Shown here one piece after another: positions 38,253 to 48,136 of a stretch of 64,000 nucleotides of DNA. This DNA is from an uncultured Candidatus Saccharibacteria bacterium (GTDB taxonomy: Bacteria; Patescibacteriota; Doudnabacteria; UBA920): positions 243,845 to 307,844 of the forward strand of contig CAYYQK010000001.1 in the NCBI GenBank assembly GCA_964473815.1, written 5' to 3'. The translations under genes and the position numbers were made by a program. A model generated the notes under the pieces. The model made no database searches. It was given only the letters and a program-made list of their open reading frames with translations, and was not told the DNA's origin. Numbering within the stretch: position 1 is the first letter of the stretch; every line of letters begins with the position of its first letter.

Positions 38253-38327
38253 GCCGCCATCGTCTAGTGGTTAGGACTTGTGATTCTCATTCACACAACC
38301 GGGGTTCGATTCCCCGTGGCGGTACCA
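38253..38327 (+). tRNA. tRNA-Glu (CTC)
   Basis: TGTGA-TT-CTC-AT-TCACA anticodon arm, GTTCGATTC, CCA end. Confidence 0.96.
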
Positions 38328-38411
38328 TCTGGCTCAGGCCGGTTTTTATTTTTGCAAAATTAAAGGTGCCCTTGCGGGCACCCTAATGGTTAAATTTATT
38401 ACTACAATAAA

Positions 38412-39032
38412 TTACTGATTTGTTGTCGCGTTAATTGAGCTCTGTGCTGAACTCTGCTGGGCTGCAGAAGGCTGACCACCATCATCGTCATTGCGGCCAT
38501 CTGGGCCGTCACCATCGAAGTCTGGCCCACCATGGCCTCGACCCATCATCCCCATTCCACGACCATGTCCGCCTGGACCAAAGGGTAAATAGCCTGCTGG
38601 GATATTATTATCTTTTTCCCATTGCTGCAAATTATCCTGTTCTGTTTTGAAGGCGTCCTGGCGCTGCTGAGGCGTCATTGATTCAAATTGAGTTTTGTTA
38701 GCTTCACGCTGAGTCTGCAACTCCTGCGCTTTAGCTTTTATTTTATCAGCCTGATCCTGTGTCAGTTTGCCGTCAGTTACTGCCTGCTGTAAGCGGTCCG
38801 CAAACTGCTGCTGATGCTGTGCTTCCATCTGTGCGTGTTGCTGGTCAAAGACCTGCTGCACATCAGCCTGGTTTAAATTAAATTTCTGAGCAATTGCCTG
38901 AACTAAATTTGAAACCGGGTTGGTTCCATTACCAGAAGTAGATGCAGCATGCACTGCTACTCCACTTGCAATCCCTAGTCCTGCGACTAAAGTTGCTGCT
39001 GGTAAAATGATATTTTTTAATTTCTGATTCAT
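38412..39032 (-). CDS. secreted Gln-rich helical protein, probable ECF target
   Basis: Signal peptide (VHA-A), RLQQAVTDGKLTQDQAD motif, Gly/Met-rich tail. Confidence 0.75.
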   Translation of the reverse strand: MNQKLKNIILPAATLVAGLGIASGVAVHAASTSGNGTNPVSNLVQAIAQKFNLNQADVQQVFDQQHAQMEAQHQQQFADRLQQAVTDGKLTQDQADKIKAKAQELQTQREANKTQFESMTPQQRQDAFKTEQDNLQQWEKDNNIPAGYLPFGPGGHGRGMGMMGRGHGGPDFDGDGPDGRNDDDGGQPSAAQQSSAQSSINATTNQ

Positions 39033-39079
39033 AGTTTGTGGTTAATTATCTTAATTGCAAGATCTTGTGCACTCATTAC

Positions 39080-39105
39080 TACAACCACAAACATTATTTA
39101 TTTCA
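39080..39105 (-). promoter_or_regulatory. putative ECF sigma promoter TGAAAT-N16-TGTA
   Basis: Same motif and spacing as upstream of the sigma gene. Confidence 0.65.
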
Positions 39106-39864
39106 TTGTTCTTCTGATGGCGGAAAATAGCGGTCGTTATCATACAATTCGCGAATGCCTTCAGCCATAATATTGTCGCCCTGTCGATTACCCAAAACTA
39201 CAACTTTGTCGTTCACTTCCAAATCTGTACCACGGGCAACTTTAGTGACTGGTGTGAGAATTACGGTCACGGTCTTGTCATGCGGGTCGCGCATTAGAAA
39301 AGCTTTTTCATCGATTTCAATTACAACTCCTGGTGTAACACGAGGATTATCCGGTTCTGCAAACTGACGATACAAAATACCAGCCACAGGCAATTTATGT
39401 TCGCGGGCTTCGTATAATAGACTTTCATGGACATGACTGCTTTGAATCAGGAAACTGCCGCCAACAACCAATACTACAACCCCTAATACTGTGAATAAAA
39501 CTGGCTTACCGTAAGCAAACGAGTACTTACGAACCAGAATTTGTAAGAGCATAATGAACAGCGTTGCCGCAATCACAAAACCCACTGACAAAGCTGAAAA
39601 CAATTCTTTGATACCTTCACTACCAAAGGCTGGTGTAAACCAGGTGCCATTCTGATGCAGTGTAAATAGGAAGAAACTACCTATAAATAGGGCTGCGATA
39701 AATACCAATATCAACCCCACAATAAACAGCCCGGCTTGCAATACAAAGTACCAACGAGGTTTCATATGCACTTGACCGGCTTTAATAGCGGCCAAAACAT
39801 TCTGCTGTATAGTCTTCGCTTCGCTCTTTTCTTCGTTATTTAATTTTTCGTTATTCTCTTCCAT
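39103..39864 (-). CDS. putative membrane anti-sigma factor
   Basis: Three TMs plus C-terminal OB-fold-like (DUF5666-like) domain; directly downstream of ECF sigma. Confidence 0.65.
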   Translation of the reverse strand: MEENNEKLNNEEKSEAKTIQQNVLAAIKAGQVHMKPRWYFVLQAGLFIVGLILVFIAALFIGSFFLFTLHQNGTWFTPAFGSEGIKELFSALSVGFVIAATLFIMLLQILVRKYSFAYGKPVLFTVLGVVVLVVGGSFLIQSSHVHESLLYEAREHKLPVAGILYRQFAEPDNPRVTPGVVIEIDEKAFLMRDPHDKTVTVILTPVTKVARGTDLEVNDKVVVLGNRQGDNIMAEGIRELYDNDRYFPPSEEQ

Positions 39865-39871
39865 CTTTCTG

Positions 39872-40429
39872 CTATTTAGGTAATTGTTGATAAATTTTTT
39901 GCAATGCGGCTTTGCCGCGGCTTAAACGTACACCAACCGTTGAACTCGGAATTCGCAGGACTTCTGCGATACTTTGGTAATCCATATCTTCATAGTAGTA
40001 CAAAACGAGCGGTTCACGATATTTCGGATCAAGCTTGTCCAAACACTTTTCCAACATTTCTTTCGTTTGAATTTCGTGCAATTCTTTTTCTGGCTGCTCT
40101 TTGGCAATGGGATGGGGAAACAAAGTATCGGGATCAAAATATGAAAGTGGTTCTCTCCCCTTTTTCTTTATCGCGTTTATAAACTCGTTGTGAGCGATAC
40201 GATAAATCCACGGCGAAAAACGCTGCGTGGGATCAAAGCTTTGTAAATTGGTATATGTTTTTAGAAATACGTCCTGAACGATGTCTTGTGCATCTTCGTA
40301 GCCGAAGAGGAACCGCTTGGCATAACGCTGCAATTTAGGCTCGTAGCGCTCTACGAGAAGGCCAAATTGTTGAGCATCACCCTTTTGCACCAGCACAGCA
40401 ATGGACTCATCCGATTGTTCTTCCATCAT
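39872..40429 (-). CDS. ECF RNA polymerase sigma factor (SigW-like)
   Basis: DAQDIVQDVF, FSPWIYRIAHN, region 4 YQSIAEVLRIPSSTVGVRLSRG. Confidence 0.95.
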   Translation of the reverse strand: MMEEQSDESIAVLVQKGDAQQFGLLVERYEPKLQRYAKRFLFGYEDAQDIVQDVFLKTYTNLQSFDPTQRFSPWIYRIAHNEFINAIKKKGREPLSYFDPDTLFPHPIAKEQPEKELHEIQTKEMLEKCLDKLDPKYREPLVLYYYEDMDYQSIAEVLRIPSSTVGVRLSRGKAALQKIYQQLPK

Positions 40430-40439
40430 CCCTTAATAA

Positions 40440-40465
40440 TACAACATTTTGAAGTTTTTATTTCA
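40440..40465 (-). promoter_or_regulatory. putative ECF autoregulatory promoter TGAAAT-N16-TGTA
   Basis: TGAAATAAAAACTTCAAAATGTTGTA upstream of sigma start; resembles B. subtilis SigW TGAAAC-N16-CGTA. Confidence 0.65.
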
Positions 40466-40515
40466 TTTTCAGTTTTAATGCTGTATGATAAAAGCAGATA
40501 ATTAAGCGAAAAAAT

Positions 40516-40806
40516 ATGATTCTAACTCAAGATACATTTGTCTGTAAACCAGGCAAAGCTTCAAAATTGGCAAAGCTATTCAAAGAGGTTATGCAAGATA
40601 ATAATGTAAAGTATATCCTCACCGACATGACCGGGCAATATAACAGAGTAATCATGATCAGTGAATTTGAAAGTTTGTCTGATTATGAAAAATCAATGGA
40701 AAAATACATGAATCCTACTCCTGAAATGGCAGATTCAATGAAAAAGATGGAAGGCTACACAGATATGTACAAAACCGGTAGTCGTGAAATTTTGAAAGTT
40801 TGGTAA
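40516..40806 (+). CDS. NIPSNAP-like dimeric alpha-beta barrel protein
   Basis: KPGKA..ILTDMTG..EFESL..GSREI pattern. Confidence 0.7.
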   Translation: MILTQDTFVCKPGKASKLAKLFKEVMQDNNVKYILTDMTGQYNRVIMISEFESLSDYEKSMEKYMNPTPEMADSMKKMEGYTDMYKTGSREILKVW

Positions 40807-40843
40807 AGTTAGTAGAAACAAAAAACTCGAGTTTAGTCAATGA

Positions 40844-41746
40844 CTAACTAACGCGAGTTTTTTCCTTGTGACCTAATTCTGGCGGACAAAGGAAGTTTTC
40901 GCCAAGACGATCTTGGCATTCTTTGCAGGCAATCATTTTTCTATTGCAATCATCTATTACACAGTTGGTATAGCGTTCACTTGTTTCGCCACACACCCAA
41001 CACTTCCCCACTACTTCGTGCTTTGGATCATCAGTGTAAAAACCAACGGCGATGCGGCTATCAAACACATACAGCTTGCCAAGAAAATCTTCGTTTGGAT
41101 ATTCGCGCATGTAAGAAACAATTCCGCCATCAAGCTGATACACATCTTTAAAACCTTGGGACAACAAATAACCACTCGCTTTTTCGCAACGAACGCCACC
41201 AGTACAAACGGTTAAAACAGTTTTATCTTTTAGATGTTCAATGCTTTTAATAAATTTTGGCAGGTCGCGAAAATTGTCCATAGCTGGAAGAATTGAACCT
41301 TTAAAATGCCCAACCAAATGTTCGTAGGCATTGCGCATGTCTACAATATAAAATTCTTTGCCTTCAGCAATCCAATTATGCAATTCCGCAGGCTTAAGAT
41401 GCACTCCGGTTAAAACATTCGGATCGATATCACAAGATGGATCGAGGCCCAAAGAAACAAGTTCATTGCGCACTTTCACCGATGTGCGCGGGAAAGAATT
41501 TCCATCACCTGGGTCACGTTTAATATGCGTACCAGCAAAGCGCGGATCGCTAAATAAATCTTCTAGATACAAATCGATGTTTTCCTTGGTCCCTTCAAGG
41601 GTCGCATTGATGCCTTCGCTGGCAATAATCGTGCGTCCTTTCAGAGCGAGGCGATCCTGCAACTCTTTTTGCTGCAGCATTAACTTACCAGGGTTGTCGA
41701 TGTGAACGTATTTGTAAAATAAAATGATGTCGTATTGAGGTTCCAT
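40844..41746 (-). CDS. trhO: rhodanese-domain tRNA U34 hydroxylase (YceA/TrhO family)
   Basis: LFYKY, GRTIIASEGINAT, CTGGVRCEK, GKLYVFDSR; ATG at 41746. Confidence 0.88.
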   Translation of the reverse strand: MEPQYDIILFYKYVHIDNPGKLMLQQKELQDRLALKGRTIIASEGINATLEGTKENIDLYLEDLFSDPRFAGTHIKRDPGDGNSFPRTSVKVRNELVSLGLDPSCDIDPNVLTGVHLKPAELHNWIAEGKEFYIVDMRNAYEHLVGHFKGSILPAMDNFRDLPKFIKSIEHLKDKTVLTVCTGGVRCEKASGYLLSQGFKDVYQLDGGIVSYMREYPNEDFLGKLYVFDSRIAVGFYTDDPKHEVVGKCWVCGETSERYTNCVIDDCNRKMIACKECQDRLGENFLCPPELGHKEKTRVS

Positions 41747-41850
41747 AACAGAACACATTGTAAGATTTTTTGGAGAAAAAGTCAATGAAAATAAAAAGCC
41801 GCCTCAAAAAAGAGAGCGGCATGAAGGTCAGTAAGCGCGTATCGCAGGTG

Positions 41851-42453
41851 TTATTTTACCAACACTTTTCGAACGTGCAATTTATGCGGGTCCACGGGAA
41901 CCCAACCGATCTGATCCTGATTAGGATCCCCTAACTCGTCAAGCTCTAACAGCCATGGGCCATGTTTGAACTTTGAAGTGTCTATTGGTCCTGAATGGTG
42001 TTCATCGCGCCACTCAGTCCACCCTCGCAAATCCACTGGCACTTCGTTAGTTTTCATAAAGTGGACATGAAAATGCTTCGTCCACCCATTTGTAATCGGC
42101 GGGCCGATCTGAAGCAATTCAACAAGAAATATTTCCGACCACTGCCTGTAAGTCAGCTTCATGATCTTAGAGAGAGCGTTAAAAAACTCCGCCCAAAAAT
42201 TCGAAATAATGACCACGCAGTGCTGATGACCGACGGAGTCAGTCGCAAACTTGTACATCACTATCTCAAAATCCTGCGGGTCTTCTTTGGTGTTGCGCTT
42301 GTATTCGGAAAACAACGATTTGCAGGATGACTGCCAGACAAAATTGAATTGATCAGGGTGTGTCTTAAACCACCTGATTCGCTTTATTACCTCCCCGGCA
42401 AATTGCCAACAATGATGAGTACTACCCGCTTTTGCGCGCTTAATTTCTGACAT
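41851..42453 (-). CDS. hypothetical Trp/His-rich protein
   Basis: 200-aa ORF with TAAGGAGGT and TTGGAA-17-TATGAT promoter. Confidence 0.7.
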   Translation of the reverse strand: MSEIKRAKAGSTHHCWQFAGEVIKRIRWFKTHPDQFNFVWQSSCKSLFSEYKRNTKEDPQDFEIVMYKFATDSVGHQHCVVIISNFWAEFFNALSKIMKLTYRQWSEIFLVELLQIGPPITNGWTKHFHVHFMKTNEVPVDLRGWTEWRDEHHSGPIDTSKFKHGPWLLELDELGDPNQDQIGWVPVDPHKLHVRKVLVK

Positions 42454-42536
42454 AACAAAACTACCTCCTTATGTAGTGGCCTATATCATAGCGGAAAATG
42501 GGTTAAATTCCAAGCTTAAATTTTGCCTAAAATTAA

Positions 42537-43154
42537 TTAGAATCCGAGAGGTTCTTTGACTATCAATATGTTGATTTTCCGGGTCGAACCTCGTTTTTCT
42601 TCGTTATAAATCAGAGTTTTAGACCATGTTGTTCCAAATCCATAAGCATCTTTCATACGCTGATCTTCCAAAGGGACTACATGTTCCTTTAATCTTTTAA
42701 AACCTTCTTCGACGGTTGGTACAATCTTCTGTGCCCCTACTACTAAAATTAAATTTGGCGAATTGAAAACAATGTGTGGCAATTGACTTCCTGTATTTGA
42801 TGCAACTAAAAATGAACCCGTCTGTGTTAAAGCATGTACACTTCCCAAATAAAAATCTGACACTGTTGATTGACGCCGAAGCAATCCTTGCTTCTCCTGA
42901 TCCGGTTCTGCCAAAATTAATTCATGCAAATTATTCCAACCGTGTTGCCCGGCTTTTAAATATTCTACATAACCAATTTGTTCTAATGTTTTAGAAGCAC
43001 CATTCATAACCGAAGCTCCCTGCGGTATTAAACTTTTTATTTGATCTAATGCCTGTTCTTTTGTCTCAACAACCAGCGGCAAAAAATTATGTCCTGACAA
43101 TGCCTGGACAGTTTTATTGATTATTTCATCCGACGATACTTCAGTGTAATCCAT
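42537..43154 (-). CDS. LUD-domain (lactate utilization-like) protein
   Basis: GASKTL, SVHALT..ASNTGSQL, VVGAQKIV. Confidence 0.85.
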   Translation of the reverse strand: MDYTEVSSDEIINKTVQALSGHNFLPLVVETKEQALDQIKSLIPQGASVMNGASKTLEQIGYVEYLKAGQHGWNNLHELILAEPDQEKQGLLRRQSTVSDFYLGSVHALTQTGSFLVASNTGSQLPHIVFNSPNLILVVGAQKIVPTVEEGFKRLKEHVVPLEDQRMKDAYGFGTTWSKTLIYNEEKRGSTRKINILIVKEPLGF

Positions 43155-43169
43155 AAATATTTTCCTTAT

Positions 43170-44144
43170 CTAGTTCCAAGTGGTCTTAATAATAGTTTCT
43201 AAATTTGAGTGCTCGGGTTTAAAGTTAAACTTGCTGATGATTTTTGCATTGTCAGCCACAACAATTGATGGATCGCCTTCGCGACGACTGCTAATTTTAG
43301 CTGGCACGGTTTTACCCGAAAACTTTTCCACCGCATCAATAATTTCTTTGACGGAATATCCATTGCCAGTGCCAATATTAAAAGTTTCGCAGTATCCGGA
43401 TTCTACCGAATGAAGATGATTTAAAGCTGAGAGATGGGCGCCGGCAATATCTAACACATGCACGTAATCACGTACGCCTGTACCATCAGGGGTTGAGTAA
43501 TCATCACCGTAAATTTCTAATTCTGCTAACTCTCCTTTTGCGGCTCGAATGACACGCGGTATTAAATGCGATTCATGCGCGGAGTGAATAGGGTTTTCGT
43601 AATCTGCGCCGCCCACATTAAAGTATCTAAAAATCACTGCTTGCAAACCAGAAAACTGTGCATGAAATTTAACTAAATTCTCTGAAAGCATTTTCGAATA
43701 ACTGTAAGGGTTTATCGGTTGTAAGCTTGCGGTTTCGGCTAAGGGCATTGGATTTTCTGAATTATATACCGACCCGGTCGAAGAAAAGATAAATTTTTTA
43801 ACGCCGTGCTTTAACATCGCTTGCAACAACAAGCCTGTTTTTAAAGTATTATTTTCTAGATATTCCAAAGGCTTTTCGACTGACTCGCCCACTTCAATGC
43901 TGGCCGCAAAGTGCATCACCACATCGATTTTGTGAGTCTCAAAAAGGGTCTCCAAAACCTGTGGATTCGAAAAGTCGCCCTCAATTAGAATTGGCTGTGG
44001 GCCCAAATTTGCCTGTTTGCCGGTCGAAAGATCATCAATGACTATAACTGCATGCCCAGCCGCCACTAACTGCCTCACCGTGTGGGCGCCAATATAGCCC
44101 GCGCCTCCGGTCACTAAAATTGTTTTAGTTGTAATTTCATTCAT
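43170..44144 (-). CDS. galE: UDP-glucose 4-epimerase
   Basis: TGGAGYIG, YxxxK (YSYSK), RYFN, DGTGVRDYVHV. Confidence 0.93.
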   Translation of the reverse strand: MNEITTKTILVTGGAGYIGAHTVRQLVAAGHAVIVIDDLSTGKQANLGPQPILIEGDFSNPQVLETLFETHKIDVVMHFAASIEVGESVEKPLEYLENNTLKTGLLLQAMLKHGVKKFIFSSTGSVYNSENPMPLAETASLQPINPYSYSKMLSENLVKFHAQFSGLQAVIFRYFNVGGADYENPIHSAHESHLIPRVIRAAKGELAELEIYGDDYSTPDGTGVRDYVHVLDIAGAHLSALNHLHSVESGYCETFNIGTGNGYSVKEIIDAVEKFSGKTVPAKISSRREGDPSIVVADNAKIISKFNFKPEHSNLETIIKTTWN

Positions 44145-44235
44145 TTCTTAATGATACCAATCAAAAACACCCTCCACAAGGGAGGGTGTTTTGAATAATT
44201 TAGGGGCCACGTGTTGGGGTCCAGCCTAATCGAGA

Positions 44236-46260
44236 TTAAGCGAAGATAAAGCTCAAGATTCCTTTGCGCTTGCGCACAAGTACGAATCCGGCAGTTACCA
44301 ATCCTGCGAATACTGCAGCTGAGGTACCAGCCGCACCAGTCTTAGGAGCTTGGTAAACCCGAGTACCATGAACGTTAATTACTACAGTGTTACCGTAAGT
44401 GTTACGTAATTGGTAAGAAAGAGTCTTGTCCAAAGTTTGCTTAACGCGAACTTTGAAAGTCTTTACAACAGTTTCACCCTTTTTAATAGTGATTGAAGGA
44501 TAAGTGATAAAGTTACCGCTTACCTGACCACCATTGGTAGATACCATATCAACTAACGGAAGTACTTCAGACAAATCGTCCTTAATTACAAAGTTAGTTT
44601 GATCAGCATCACCATTGTTAGTTACAACCAATGAGTAAGTGATGTAGTCACCACGATTTGCATCGCGGGAAGTAGCATCAACATTCTGAGTGTCGTTAAA
44701 CGCACGCTTCGAGTAAGTCAAGTGTGGGTTACCACCCTTAGGGGTAGTGAACACGTTTACACAAGCATTATCTTGAACCTGGTTTACACCAGATGCAGTA
44801 GCGCGAGCAGTGTTACAAACAGTAGTATTACCAGTTGCATCAACAGTTGCAGCAAACTCAAAAGTTTTGCTTGAACCATTAGAAATAGAACCAAGGTCAA
44901 CAGTTAGAGTACGACCACTGAAGGTCTTCGAACCGCTACCAGTGAAGGAATCATCGTAAGTTAAGCCACTAGGAATAGTGTCGGTAACGATTACGTTGTT
45001 CAAAGTAGTGCTACCGTTGTTAGATACAACAACCTTGAACATTACGCGTTCACCGGTGCGAGCATCAACTGAATCATTGTTGTAAGAAGTACCGGTTGAG
45101 GTATTCTTTACAGATTTAGTGATGTCGATATGAGGCTGGCTAGAGTTACAGTTATTTTGAACTGTTACACTAGCAGTCGCGGTTACTGTGCTGGCAGTAG
45201 ATGAAGTTGCAGTGGCAGTGTTTGTTAAGGTAGGACAATTGTCCGCAGTAACAGTTCCAGTGTAAAAGATATTACGGAATTCACCGGGTTGCAAATCACC
45301 CAAAGTTACAGTGCCAGGAATAGAACCTGACCATTGCAAGTTTGAAGTTTCTACATTATCTGAGATACGCACTGCAGTAGAACCACTGTCGATAGAGATA
45401 CCAGAAGTACCGTTATCGGTTACAGTTACATTCTTTGCTACAGTGTTACCATTATTTTTTACTACGACTTGGTAGCCAACTTTATCACCATGAACAGCAG
45501 TTACATTTGAAGAGTAACCAGTGCCATTAGTAATATTTTTTACACCCTTTGTTAAAGTCAAAGTGGTGTTGCTTGGAGTGTTGCCGATTACCTTGAACTT
45601 GAAAGTCAAGAACAAGCTATATTCGAAACAAGCGTCTAAGTCGCCCAAAGCGTAGTCAGAGTTACCAAGGTTTAAGTTTTGGGAATCCAAAACCAAATGA
45701 CCTTGATAGTCGTACATGAATCCACTGTTTGGAGTCACTACCAACTGAGCGTTAGCAGGAGTGTGAACAGTGAATGACTTAGTGTAACTGGCAGCATTGT
45801 CCGCTTTGTAAGTTACGCTAATTTGGTGATCTGTACCTGGAGTGGTATCAGTATGCGTAATAATGTGAACATTTTTCGCAGTAGTCTGAGCCGGGTCCAA
45901 GTTGTTTGCAGCACCGTTGTGGATGTACATCCCAGCGATACCGTTATCACCTACGTTTAAAGTCAAACCAGAATTCCATTGTGCTTCAGATTGAGACCAA
46001 GTATGAGTTGATCCATCTTTTGTAGCATCAATAGCTGGGAAGTCATGACAGAACGGAGTGTTCACGTCAGAGTAAGTGACAGGCCAGTAGTTGAAGGTCG
46101 GGGTAACTGGCGGATTCGCACAGTTCTCAGCTAATGTATTGGACGCGCCATGAGTAGGCATCAAACCCATTACAGAAGCAACAACACCAACCATTACCAC
46201 GGTCGCAATGATGCTGCGGCGTGGTACCAAACTTGCCTTTAACATTTGCATAAATTGCAT
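44236..46260 (-). CDS. cell-surface protein with DUF11-type repeats and LPxTG-like C-terminus
   Basis: Signal peptide, three repeats (..K.VKN..GD/E.V.Y/F.VVV.NNG..NV.VTD), APKTG + TM + RKRK; start near 46260. Confidence 0.85.
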   Translation of the reverse strand: MQFMQMLKASLVPRRSIIATVVMVGVVASVMGLMPTHGASNTLAENCANPPVTPTFNYWPVTYSDVNTPFCHDFPAIDATKDGSTHTWSQSEAQWNSGLTLNVGDNGIAGMYIHNGAANNLDPAQTTAKNVHIITHTDTTPGTDHQISVTYKADNAASYTKSFTVHTPANAQLVVTPNSGFMYDYQGHLVLDSQNLNLGNSDYALGDLDACFEYSLFLTFKFKVIGNTPSNTTLTLTKGVKNITNGTGYSSNVTAVHGDKVGYQVVVKNNGNTVAKNVTVTDNGTSGISIDSGSTAVRISDNVETSNLQWSGSIPGTVTLGDLQPGEFRNIFYTGTVTADNCPTLTNTATATSSTASTVTATASVTVQNNCNSSQPHIDITKSVKNTSTGTSYNNDSVDARTGERVMFKVVVSNNGSTTLNNVIVTDTIPSGLTYDDSFTGSGSKTFSGRTLTVDLGSISNGSSKTFEFAATVDATGNTTVCNTARATASGVNQVQDNACVNVFTTPKGGNPHLTYSKRAFNDTQNVDATSRDANRGDYITYSLVVTNNGDADQTNFVIKDDLSEVLPLVDMVSTNGGQVSGNFITYPSITIKKGETVVKTFKVRVKQTLDKTLSYQLRNTYGNTVVINVHGTRVYQAPKTGAAGTSAAVFAGLVTAGFVLVRKRKGILSFIFA

Positions 46261-46579
46261 AATGTGTTGTTCTCCTTGCCTTAACATACCGGCGAACCGT
46301 ATATGAAAAGTCAAAAATTAATAATTTAATTAATAAAATCCGATTTGTTAGAAATTTCGACCTTTCAACAAATCCAATAAGTATACCTTATTTATAGGTT
46401 TTTGTCAAGGGTTCCACCCCAATATTGAAATATATCAACCAGAAATAAAAAAAGGCTGAAATTTGGCTTAAATATAGTCGAAATTATTCTGAGTATTAAA
46501 TCCAACTCTTTACACAGCTCTAGGTATTTGGTATTATTCGATATTAAATCCAACTTTTTTGGGATCATGGAGGATCAAA

Positions 46580-47287
46580 ATGAAGCAGTTAATAATTGGC
46601 CTTTCAGGCGAAATGGCATCTGGAAAAGAAGTATTTTGCCGGGTCGTTAAAGATCTATTCCGGCAAATCCCTAATCGGCATGGTAATAATTGTGTGGTTA
46701 CGCATCTCAGTACTTCCACAATGTTGCGGCAAATACTCGATACATTGCATCGGGAAAATCCCCCACGCGAGGATTATCAGGCTCTAGGAAGCTGCCTGGA
46801 GTCAATTTTCCTCGGATATATCCCTGACTGGGTCGATTGGATCTTAAGGCACGAAGAAGGTCAAAAATCAGATATTGTGATCATTGACCGAATCAGCAGT
46901 GAGTTCCAATTCCACCAGTTTAAAGAAAAGTTTCCAGATCTTCATACTGTGTACATCGACACGCATGCAGATTTGCGTTACCGATTCTACAACAATCGGC
47001 AGCGGCAAAAGAACCGAGAAAGGAAAACTCCGCAAAAATACCTTGAACTTTCGGAGTTCCGAGCGCTGCATGAGGCACCAACCGAAGTCGAAATTCCGCA
47101 AATAAAGAATTTAGCGGACACGGTGATAAAAAACGCCGTTCCTCATATCCAAATCTTCGGAAACGAAGTGGCGAAAGCTATGCTTGATATCGCGGTAAAG
47201 AAGGAGATAATCTTTCGGAAAGACTGGAACCGATTGCGGGGAAAACTAAAGATAGAGGTCTCCCACGACGATCTCGGGATGAAGTGA
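46580..47287 (+). CDS. P-loop nucleotide kinase-like protein (dNMP/dephospho-CoA kinase fold)
   Basis: IIGLSGEMASGKE, VIIDRI, TVYIDT..LRY, ADTVIKN; GGAGG before ATG 46580. Confidence 0.75.
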   Translation: MKQLIIGLSGEMASGKEVFCRVVKDLFRQIPNRHGNNCVVTHLSTSTMLRQILDTLHRENPPREDYQALGSCLESIFLGYIPDWVDWILRHEEGQKSDIVIIDRISSEFQFHQFKEKFPDLHTVYIDTHADLRYRFYNNRQRQKNRERKTPQKYLELSEFRALHEAPTEVEIPQIKNLADTVIKNAVPHIQIFGNEVAKAMLDIAVKKEIIFRKDWNRLRGKLKIEVSHDDLGMK

Positions 47288-47307
47288 TCGGAACGAGAGT
47301 AAGAACT

Positions 47308-47354
47308 AACAAAAAGCTCAGGTGTGCACATGTGTACCTGAGCTCTTTTCTATA
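47308..47354. repeat. 47-bp direct repeat copy 1 (palindromic terminator)
   Basis: AACAAAAAGCTCAGGTGTGCACATGTGTACCTGAGCTCTTTTCTATA. Confidence 0.95.
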
Positions 47355-47420
47355 GACTATTTACGAAAGCATAGAGGTTTGTTAGGATAGATTAAAATTC
47401 AACGGAACAGGAGGAGTTAA

Positions 47421-47858
47421 ATGAAGGCAATTGGTTTGATATGCACCTCAAAAATCAATCGGGAAATTGCTTTAGAAGAGATGGCGGAATGGCTAACTGA
47501 ACAACAAATTACTTTTGGAGTGTTTCCTCGACCCGGAGTTCATGGTCCTGAACTTCTCCAACCAGAAGTCATGATATTCAAAAAAGTCCAGACCCTCAAA
47601 AGAGTCCAAGACATCAACGCAGCATTTGGTTCCGATGCAAAATTCTTTTACATCAGCCCGGGCGCACACGAGGAAGCACGAAACGGTGAGATGGACTTAC
47701 TCATATCGAAATCCCATTATGTTTGCAACAACTGGATCAAGGAGGAAATTTTTCGAGAGAGCATTCGTAACGGGCTAATGGGATTCTTTGGAAAAACTAA
47801 AAGATCGAAGGCCGACGTACCGTCGGTCCTACATTTACAGTCGACCATGAAAGAGTGA
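47421..47858 (+). CDS. hypothetical protein, possibly a degenerate paralog of the upstream kinase-like gene
   Basis: AGGAGG SD, own promoter TTTACG-17-TAGGAT; MKAIGL..KFFYI..SHYVCNN loosely parallels the upstream protein. Confidence 0.65.
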   Translation: MKAIGLICTSKINREIALEEMAEWLTEQQITFGVFPRPGVHGPELLQPEVMIFKKVQTLKRVQDINAAFGSDAKFFYISPGAHEEARNGEMDLLISKSHYVCNNWIKEEIFRESIRNGLMGFFGKTKRSKADVPSVLHLQSTMKE

Positions 47859-47892
47859 TCGAGTGATTGCGAAAGCAAACATCAGTCATGCA

Positions 47893-47939
47893 AACAAAAA
47901 GCTCAGGTGTGCACATGTGTACCTGAGCTCTTTTCTATA
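47893..47939. repeat. 47-bp direct repeat copy 2 (palindromic terminator)
   Basis: Identical to 47308-47354. Confidence 0.95.
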
Positions 47940-48123
47940 ACGCATGTTTCCAAAGGACTCCTTTGAACTCATTATTTACAATGAGCGGAACACCGGAAAT
48001 GGAACGAATCTGTTGGGCGATCGCTTGAATGCGGCAAGAGTGAGTTCTGCCCGTTTGGCAATGCGCACATAAACTCTTGAGTTGGCTGACAATATTTTTC
48101 TTGGAGATTTCTAATTCAGACAT
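47935..48123 (-). CDS. small Cys/His protein downstream of lexA
   Basis: CAHC..HSC motif; 13 nt after the lexA stop. Confidence 0.65.
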   Translation of the reverse strand: MSELEISKKNIVSQLKSLCAHCQTGRTHSCRIQAIAQQIRSISGVPLIVNNEFKGVLWKHAL

Positions 48124-48136
48124 GGTTTTGTTTCCT

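Noticed and set aside
47308-47939. CRISPR array or integron attC sites
   Set aside because: Only two copies 585 bp apart, no cas or intI gene, and no RYYYAAC/GTTRRRY ends.
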